A DNA stretch of 34,537 nt from Deltaproteobacteria bacterium. GTDB lineage: Bacteria; JAGRBM01; JAHCIT01. This document shows positions 28,726 to 34,537 of the stretch, in pieces. Position 1 is the stretch's first letter, and the number at the start of each line of letters is the position of its first letter. The stretch lies in the NCBI GenBank assembly GCA_026129095.1, contig JAHCIT010000016.1, forward strand, positions 1-34,537. Reading direction: 5' to 3'. The translations under genes and the position numbers were made by a program. The notes under the pieces were generated by a model, which was given only the letters and a program-made list of their open reading frames with translations, did not search any database and had not been told where the DNA came from.

Positions 28726-29484
28726 ATGGTGACCGTCATTGACCTCCTGGACAACCGTGCCAACCGGCGCGTTCCGATTGACCTCAAGGTCCATGTCCGT
28801 ACGGAGGGGAATCTGCCGGAACAGACGCTCCTGTCGGTTGACTGGTCGAAGCGGGGCGTGTTTCTCCGTACACGCGAGCCACTGCCGCCCGGCACGCCGG
28901 TGACGCTCGGTGTTCTGGTGCCGAGCGAGCATGGACTGGTGAACTTCCCTGCCGTGGTTGCCCGTGCTGTTGCTGAGTGCCACGACACGCGGGGCCGTCC
29001 GCCGGGCATGGGAGTCTATTTCGACACGCTGCCGGCCCCGCTCGCCCAGTATCTCAGCCAGATTTCCCATGCGGCGCGTCTCAGGGCCGAGGATGACGCC
29101 AGTGCCGCCGGCAACCAGGATCTGGTACTGCTGGTGGGAGGGAGCGGAGCCGAACGGCTCAAGGCGTCGATCCTGTTCGACCATTCAGGTCTCGATGTGG
29201 CCGAGGCTGCGACCATTGCCCAGGCTGAGGATCTGGTCACTCACGGGGTCCGGCCGGAGGCGGTGGTGGTGTTCCTGGCGGAAACGGCCCCTATGCTGCT
29301 GGCATTCCTGGACCGGCTTCACGACCGTATACAGCCGCGCCCGCGCTCGGTGATCGTGGTGGGGGATGCGGATTTCGACAGCAAGGCGGCCCTCATGCAC
29401 CATGCCTCCCTGTTCGTCCGCCGCCCGGTGACGGCTGACAAGCTGTTTGGGCTGCTTGGGCTGAAGACGCGCCTCCGGCGGTGA
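28726..29484 (+). CDS. PilZ domain protein with a C-terminal pseudo-receiver domain
   Basis: RxxxR (RANRR), DxSxxG (DWSKRG) and PGMGV.F. The C-terminal half follows the receiver pattern but lacks the acidic residues. Confidence 0.85.
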   Translation: MVTVIDLLDNRANRRVPIDLKVHVRTEGNLPEQTLLSVDWSKRGVFLRTREPLPPGTPVTLGVLVPSEHGLVNFPAVVARAVAECHDTRGRPPGMGVYFDTLPAPLAQYLSQISHAARLRAEDDASAAGNQDLVLLVGGSGAERLKASILFDHSGLDVAEAATIAQAEDLVTHGVRPEAVVVFLAETAPMLLAFLDRLHDRIQPRPRSVIVVGDADFDSKAALMHHASLFVRRPVTADKLFGLLGLKTRLRR

Positions 29485-29486
29485 TC

Positions 29487-30659
29487 CTATTTTTTCCTGA
29501 GCGTCCGGCCCCGGACGACCGCTTTTCCGCCAAAACGGGCCCGTAGCTGGTCCAGCGTGTCGTCGATTTTACGCGCCTTCACGTCCGTGGGAGGGTCAAA
29601 CAGGCCGCCCTGGGCGGGTGTTTCACGTCCGAGGCCGCTGCAAGTGACTCCAATGAGCCGGACCGGGCGGGATCTGGGCCAGTTTGCGCGGAACAGGCGC
29701 CGGGCCGTCTCCGTGATCCGGTCGTCCGTATCGGTCGGGGAGGGCAGGGTCTCGGCCCGTGTGATCGTGCGGAACTTTCCGTCACGGATCTTCACTGTCA
29801 CTGTGCGGGCCTTGACGCCGTGCCGCCGGAGCCTTGAGCCAATATCCTCGGCCAGGGTGGCAAGCACCCGTTCCAGTTCGGCCATATCCTTCACGTCTCG
29901 TTCGAAAGTCGTTTCCCGGCCCATCGATTTGGATTCCGAATTCGGTTCCAGCTCCGCAGATCCGTGGCCGGTCGCTTTCTCGTGTATCCACGCCCCCAGT
30001 GTGCCGAGCTTTTTCTCCAGTTCCGCAGGCGTTCGGCGTGCGGCATCACCCAGTGTGAAAATACCGGCCCCGTTCAGGCGGCTTCGGGCGGCCGGGCCGA
30101 CACCCGGCATGATGTCAACGGACATGGGGGCAAGGAAGGCGGCTTCCGATCCGGATGGAACCCACAGGAGGCCATCCGGCTTGGCCAGCCCCGATGCAAT
30201 CTTGGCAATGGTGCGGTTGGTTCCCAGACCGACTGAAGCCACAAGCCCCGTTTCTTTCAGGATTTCGGCATGGATCCGGTGGGCGGCAGCCAGTGGAGGC
30301 CCCAGGAGACCCTCGCAGCCGGTAAGGTCCAGATAGGCTTCATCGACCGATACAGGCTCCACGACCGGTGCGAGCCGCTCCAGCACGGCAAATACACGGT
30401 GCGAATAGTCCCGGTAGGCTGCCGAATTGCCATCCAGCACGACCGCTTCTGGGCAGAGCTGGATTGCCTGGCGCATGGGCATGGCCGAGCGGCAGCCGAA
30501 TTTCCGTGCCTCATACGATGCAGCGCTGACAACGGCCCGTGCAGAGCGGCCTCCCACGAGGACCGGTTTGCCCCGGAGCGAGGGGTCGAGGAGACGCTCC
30601 ACGGAGACAAAAAAGGCGTCCATGTCCACATGGGCGATGAGCGGTGGCCGGGTTTCCAT
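29487..30659 (-). CDS. dinB: DNA polymerase IV
   Basis: HVDMDAFFVSVE, ASYEARKFG, SVDEAYLD, AKIAS..AKPDG, KS.GRE.TF and VRLIGV. Confidence 0.97.
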   Translation of the reverse strand: METRPPLIAHVDMDAFFVSVERLLDPSLRGKPVLVGGRSARAVVSAASYEARKFGCRSAMPMRQAIQLCPEAVVLDGNSAAYRDYSHRVFAVLERLAPVVEPVSVDEAYLDLTGCEGLLGPPLAAAHRIHAEILKETGLVASVGLGTNRTIAKIASGLAKPDGLLWVPSGSEAAFLAPMSVDIMPGVGPAARSRLNGAGIFTLGDAARRTPAELEKKLGTLGAWIHEKATGHGSAELEPNSESKSMGRETTFERDVKDMAELERVLATLAEDIGSRLRRHGVKARTVTVKIRDGKFRTITRAETLPSPTDTDDRITETARRLFRANWPRSRPVRLIGVTCSGLGRETPAQGGLFDPPTDVKARKIDDTLDQLRARFGGKAVVRGRTLRKK

Positions 30660-30687
30660 GCGCAGTGACTCCGCGGCTGGTGCGGTT

Positions 30688-31848
30688 TCAGATGGCGTAC
30701 TTGTCCCGGTTGTCGTTCAGGAATTTGCGGAAATTCAGCTTGATCCGCTCTTCGAGCTGGCGGGCTCGTTCCTTGGAGATGCCAAACCGGTCGCCGATTT
30801 CCTGGAGTGTCACCGGTTCTTCCGTATCCATTCGCCGGTCGAAGATGACGGCATCGCGCTCCTCCAGCGTCGCCCGGTAGGCGTTCATCGCCGCCCGGAA
30901 CCGCTCCATGCGTTCGTGATCGGCCAGCCGGTCGTCGACCGGACGGTCATCTCCGGAAAGGGTGTCACCGAGCGTCATCTCCGTGTCGGCACCGAGCGGC
31001 GCGTCCATGGATACCTCGCCCTGCGAGAGCCGCTGGTCCATTTCGGTGACCTCGCTCTCCTTCACGTCAAGCCGCTCGGCCAGCAGCTTTGCGGTCGGCA
31101 CGAACCCTTCGCGTTCAAGCCGGGCCTTCTCCTTGCGGAGGTTGAAGAAGAGCTTGCGTTGCGCCTGGGTCGTACCGAGCTTCACCAGATGATAGGAGTT
31201 GACGAGGTACCGGAGGATGTACGCCCGGATCCAGTACTGGGCATAAGATGATAACCGCACCCCCTGGTAGGGGTCGAAGTTCTTCACGGCCATCATCAGG
31301 CCGATATTCCCCTCCTGAACGAGGTCCAGAATATTCTTGTAGGCGTTGTGGTATTCCCAGGCGATCTTGACCACGAGCTTCAGGTTCGAAGTGATGAGCT
31401 TCTTGGCAAGCTCCGGATCCTGGGTCTTGTGAAAGCGGGTAGCGATCTCGTGTTCCTCTTCCCGCGAGAGAATCGGGAAGCGCTCGGCCTCGCGCATGTA
31501 GCTAGAGAGGGCCGTCCCCATCGGTTCACTGGTTTCGGCTGGTGGAGTTGCCGGAACGAGCGCCGTGGCAGGTTCAGCCTCCACTACTGTTTCGGGAATG
31601 AAATCCAGAGCCTCGTCTGCGGGATTTTCCGCCTCATCCGGCTTCGGACCGGTTTTCGAAACTGGCTCTGAGGGGAGGCGGCGCGCTCCTGGTGGCCGGC
31701 CGGCTGAAACGGCCGGGCGGGCTGGTTTTGATGCCGGTTTGGTCCGGGAGTTCCGGGATGGCGCGGCAGACCGGCTTCCGGCAGCCGCTTTTGACGGCTT
31801 GCCGGAAGCCTTTGGTGGTCCATGCCGGGTGGGAGTGCGCTTTGTCAC
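30688..31848 (-). CDS. rpoH: RNA polymerase sigma-32 (RpoH)-family factor with a low-complexity N-terminal extension
   Basis: SNLKLVVKIA, DLVQEGNIGLM.AV..FDP..G.RLSSYA..WI, RpoH box TTQAQRKLFFNLR, and region 4 TLQEIG..FGISKER.RQLE. Start uncertain. Confidence 0.9.
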   Translation of the reverse strand: MTKRTPTRHGPPKASGKPSKAAAGSRSAAPSRNSRTKPASKPARPAVSAGRPPGARRLPSEPVSKTGPKPDEAENPADEALDFIPETVVEAEPATALVPATPPAETSEPMGTALSSYMREAERFPILSREEEHEIATRFHKTQDPELAKKLITSNLKLVVKIAWEYHNAYKNILDLVQEGNIGLMMAVKNFDPYQGVRLSSYAQYWIRAYILRYLVNSYHLVKLGTTQAQRKLFFNLRKEKARLEREGFVPTAKLLAERLDVKESEVTEMDQRLSQGEVSMDAPLGADTEMTLGDTLSGDDRPVDDRLADHERMERFRAAMNAYRATLEERDAVIFDRRMDTEEPVTLQEIGDRFGISKERARQLEERIKLNFRKFLNDNRDKYAI

Positions 31849-31896
31849 CCCGCTAGGTTATTCGGATGGTTCCCGCCGCGTCTAGCGCCGGGCCCA

Positions 31897-32607
31897 TCAG
31901 TGCAGCAGGTCGTCCAGGCCTTCGGTCTTGATCTCGCCGGGCTGCATCTGCTTGCGCTGCTTGCGCGGCATGCTGAACCACGGCTCCTTGAGGACGCGGC
32001 CTTTCATGTCGTCAGCCCAGCGGCGGACAACCCACTCGGTAACGCCGTTAATGACCTTGGCAGGCACGTTGTCGTACTCAAAGTCGGCGAACGTCTGGAA
32101 TGTGATGGACGCAAAGCCGTCACCCCAGTCCTCGATGCGGAGTCCGCCGTACATCTCGCGCAGATTGCCCTCGATGGCAAAGAAGTCGCAGGACAGGGTC
32201 TCCTCGTTGCAGGTCATGTCCACCTTCGTCCGGATATTCCGGAACGGGAACGGGGCGTTGATGTAGAACTCCAGGATACGGTGCGCGGTGGGACTGTTCG
32301 GGCTTTTCACCTCGACGATCTTCGTTTCCAGCATGCCGAAGAGGAATTCGGGGTATTTCTCGACGTCGAGGATGATCTCCCACCCGCCCTGGACCGAGGC
32401 CTTGGCGCCACCGGCAGCGGTGACGAGGTTCAGGCCGCGGCTTCCGACCGGTGTCGTCCAGACGATGATGTCACCCTTCCTGATGCGCTCGCGAAACTCG
32501 GGCGAACCGGGCACGGGTTTGCCCGAGCAGCTCGCCAGCACGGTCCACAGGGTGGCAAGGGCCATGAGCCCCGTGGCGCGGCGTTTGAATGGCAGCTTGG
32601 TACCCAT
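31897..32607 (-). CDS. SRPBCC/START-domain lipoprotein
   Basis: ATG at 32607 with GGAG SD; signal peptide ending VLASC; A.....WEII.D.EKYPEF..G...TKIV is typical of polyketide-cyclase/START domains. Confidence 0.75.
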   Translation of the reverse strand: MGTKLPFKRRATGLMALATLWTVLASCSGKPVPGSPEFRERIRKGDIIVWTTPVGSRGLNLVTAAGGAKASVQGGWEIILDVEKYPEFLFGMLETKIVEVKSPNSPTAHRILEFYINAPFPFRNIRTKVDMTCNEETLSCDFFAIEGNLREMYGGLRIEDWGDGFASITFQTFADFEYDNVPAKVINGVTEWVVRRWADDMKGRVLKEPWFSMPRKQRKQMQPGEIKTEGLDDLLH

Positions 32608-32669
32608 AAAAAATCTCCGTTGCGGGGACACCCCGCGGGGCACAGGACATTTCTCCGTATCGTTATGAA

Positions 32670-32697
32670 ATTGTAGCGGATTCCTGACGGATGGCCA
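32670..32697 (-). promoter_or_regulatory. Possible sigma70 promoter for the SRPBCC-rpoH-dinB genes
   Basis: Minus strand TGGCCA, 16-nt spacer, TACAAT. Confidence 0.4.
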
Positions 32698-32747
32698 CCC
32701 CTCCCCGAAGGAAATCGGGCACCCCTGCTGCCTGCCTGAAAACAGGC

Positions 32748-32800
32748 AGAAAAGGAGAACGGGAAGGGGCCTGGGGCGCCCTTCCCGTTTTCCTCTTTCT
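32748..32800 (-). terminator. Long hairpin downstream of recA, probable terminator
   Basis: AGGAGAACGGGAAGGG / CCCTTCCCGTTTTCCT inverted repeat, followed by CCTTTTCT on the minus strand. A second small hairpin CTGCCTG-AAAA-CAGGCAG is adjacent. Confidence 0.6.
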
Positions 32801-32825
32801 CAATGCCCGTTGAGAATTTCTGTGC

Positions 32826-33962
32826 TCACGCCTCGGCGATCTCCTCGCGGGAAGGTTTCTTGCCCGTGGCCGCGGGGCGGGGTTTTGCCTCCCCATTGCT
32901 TCCCGGGCTGCGTCCGGCGCCGTCGGCCGTATCGGGCTGGGAGGCTGCGCGGACCCGGACGATGCCGTGGTTTTCGAGGATCTTCCGCTCGATCTCGTCG
33001 GCCGAATCGGAGTGCTCCCGCAGGTAGCCCGCCGCCTGTTCGCGGCCCTGTCCGATGCGGTCGGTGCCGTAGCTGTACCAGGAACCGGTCTTCTGGACCA
33101 CGCTGATCTCGGTGCCGAGGTCCAGGATATCGCCTACGCGCGAGGGTCCTTCGCCGTAGAGCAGGTCGAACTCGGCCTCACGGAACGGCGGAGCGAGCTT
33201 GTTCTTGACGATCTTGGCACGGGTGCGGTTGCCGATCATCGTCTCGCCCTGCTTGATCGCGCCGATCCGCCGGATGTCGATGCGGACCGAGGCGTAGAAC
33301 TTGAGGGCGTTGCCGCCGGAAGTGGTTTCCGGGCTGCCGAACATGACGCCGATCTTCTGGCGGATCTGGTTGATGAAGATGAGCGTGGTGTTGCTGCGGG
33401 CAACGGCGGCATTCAGCTTGCGCATCGCCTGGCTCATGAGGCGGGCCTGCAGGCCCGGCAGGGAGTCGCCCATCTCGCCCTCGATTTCGGCCCGGGGGAC
33501 GAGCGCGGCCACCGAGTCCACCACGAGCGCATCTATCGAATTGGAGCGGATCAGGGCCTCGGCGATCTCAAGGGCCTGCTCGCCATTGTCGGGCTGGGAG
33601 ATGAGGATGTCGTCGATCCTGACGCCGAGCTTCTTTGCATAGCCCACATCAAGGGCATGCTCGGCGTCGATGAATCCGCAGATGCCGCCGGCCTTCTGCG
33701 CCTGGGCGACGATGGAAAGAGCCAGTGTCGTCTTGCCCGATGACTCGGGACCGTAGATTTCGACGATGCGGCCACGGGGCACGCCGCCCACGCCGAGGGC
33801 GATATCGATCGCCAGGGAACCGGTCGGTATCACCTCGACCTGCTGGGTCGAGTTCTCGCCCAGCTTCATGATGGCACCCTTGCCGTGGGCCTTTTCGATC
33901 TGGGCCAGCGTGTCGGCCAGCGCCTTCCGCCTGTTGTCGGTGGGGTTGCGTGAATCCTGCAT
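32826..33962 (-). CDS. recA: Recombinase A
   Basis: [50 protein letters not shown] and [20 protein letters not shown]. Confidence 0.99.
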   Translation of the reverse strand: MQDSRNPTDNRRKALADTLAQIEKAHGKGAIMKLGENSTQQVEVIPTGSLAIDIALGVGGVPRGRIVEIYGPESSGKTTLALSIVAQAQKAGGICGFIDAEHALDVGYAKKLGVRIDDILISQPDNGEQALEIAEALIRSNSIDALVVDSVAALVPRAEIEGEMGDSLPGLQARLMSQAMRKLNAAVARSNTTLIFINQIRQKIGVMFGSPETTSGGNALKFYASVRIDIRRIGAIKQGETMIGNRTRAKIVKNKLAPPFREAEFDLLYGEGPSRVGDILDLGTEISVVQKTGSWYSYGTDRIGQGREQAAGYLREHSDSADEIERKILENHGIVRVRAASQPDTADGAGRSPGSNGEAKPRPAATGKKPSREEIAEA

Positions 33963-34035
33963 GAGAGTATCCCTTCCTTAGGTTATGCACCGGGTTCCCG
34001 CCTCACCGTGGCCGAACATGTCAGCGTGCGAGACG

Positions 34036-34065
34036 GTTATACCCGCTTTCGGTTTGTATACGCAA
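34036..34065 (-). promoter_or_regulatory. Sigma70-type recA promoter
   Basis: Minus strand TTGCGT (34065-34060), 18-nt spacer, TATAAC (34041-34036). Confidence 0.55.
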
Positions 34066-34369
34066 CCGGAATCTTCCGGTTTTCTCCAGAGGGTGGCTTC
34101 CTTGGCCTCCACCATCTGCATCTGCGGAGAGTATGCCCCCGGCATATGACAGGACGTGGCACTGCCATAAACACTTTTAATTTCAGATGGTTATTGAAGC
34201 AATTTCGGCCAGGAATGGCGGTATTTCCGGGCTTTCCATCTGCGGCAGCGGTTCGGAAACCGAACTGGTGCCCGAACCAGCCCGGACGGTTTGACCTCAC
34301 CGGCGGACGGGATTACTAACAAACGCTTTCCGGTCATAATCGGCCGGATAATTCCTGCCGTTCCCATAC

Positions 34370-34461
34370 GGAGAGTTGGCCGAGTGGCTGAAGGCGGCGG
34401 CTTGCTAAGCCGTTATACGGGGAAACCCGTATCGAGGGTTCGAATCCCTCACTCTCCGCCA
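34370..34461 (+). tRNA. tRNA-Ser (anticodon GCT)
   Basis: Acceptor stem GGAGAGT/ACTCTCC with discriminator G and encoded CCA; D arm GGCCGAGTGGCTGAAGGC; anticodon arm GCGGC-TTGCTAA-GCCGT; long variable arm TACGGG-GAAA-CCCGTA; T arm GAGGG-TTCGAAT-CCCTC. Confidence 0.98.
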
Positions 34462-34537
34462 AAAGAGACGATCGCCGTTTTCCGCCCAGAACGAGAACGG
34501 TTTTCTATAGTCCCCGCGCAGGGTTGCGCCGTCGAGT

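Noticed and set aside
34008-34025. GCCGAACATGTCAGC as a Gram-positive or Myxococcus-type LexA box (a similar GGCCGAACAT occurs near 15530)
   Set aside because: The second half-site and spacing fit neither consensus.
34008-34319. Small ORFs or an ncRNA in the recA-tRNA intergenic region
   Set aside because: No coding signal or recognisable RNA family; the region is explained by divergent promoters and short hairpins.
34462-34537. Integrated element at the tRNA-Ser 3' end
   Set aside because: Only 76 nt are visible, with no integrase or duplicated tRNA end in the window, so it cannot be assessed.

Overview
GC-rich bacterial chromosomal window; the gene repertoire (RpoH-box sigma factor, PilZ protein, very long MCP, VKOR-DsbA fusion, B12 radical SAMs) suggests a deltaproteobacterium/Myxococcota-like organism, which is inference only. 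Housekeeping genes: gluQ, an IDH/IPMDH-family dehydrogenase, acyP, ligA, ispG, dinB, rpoH-like sigma, recA and tRNA-Ser(GCT). Envelope genes: two GT-C-like membrane proteins, a Wzm/Wzt ABC exporter, several lipoproteins, and a single ORF joining DedA to phosphomannomutase. The best candidate for an undescribed system is 19.7-27.2 kb, where a tandem B12-radical-SAM pair, a GT-C-like protein and an SCP2-like protein converge on a Wzm/Wzt exporter that carries a carbohydrate-binding domain. Other oddities: the DedA-PMM fusion (possibly a TGA-to-CGA stop loss), a membrane-anchored Mrr-like domain with degenerate catalytic motifs, an orphan RbfA paralog, a stand-alone 'DNIPIV' microprotein, sigma54-like motifs abutting start codons, a candidate operator over the recA promoter, and an unlisted lipoprotein gene running into a poly-G tract at the left edge. 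No mobile elements, CRISPR arrays or rRNA were seen. All calls come from motif recognition by eye; no searches were run.
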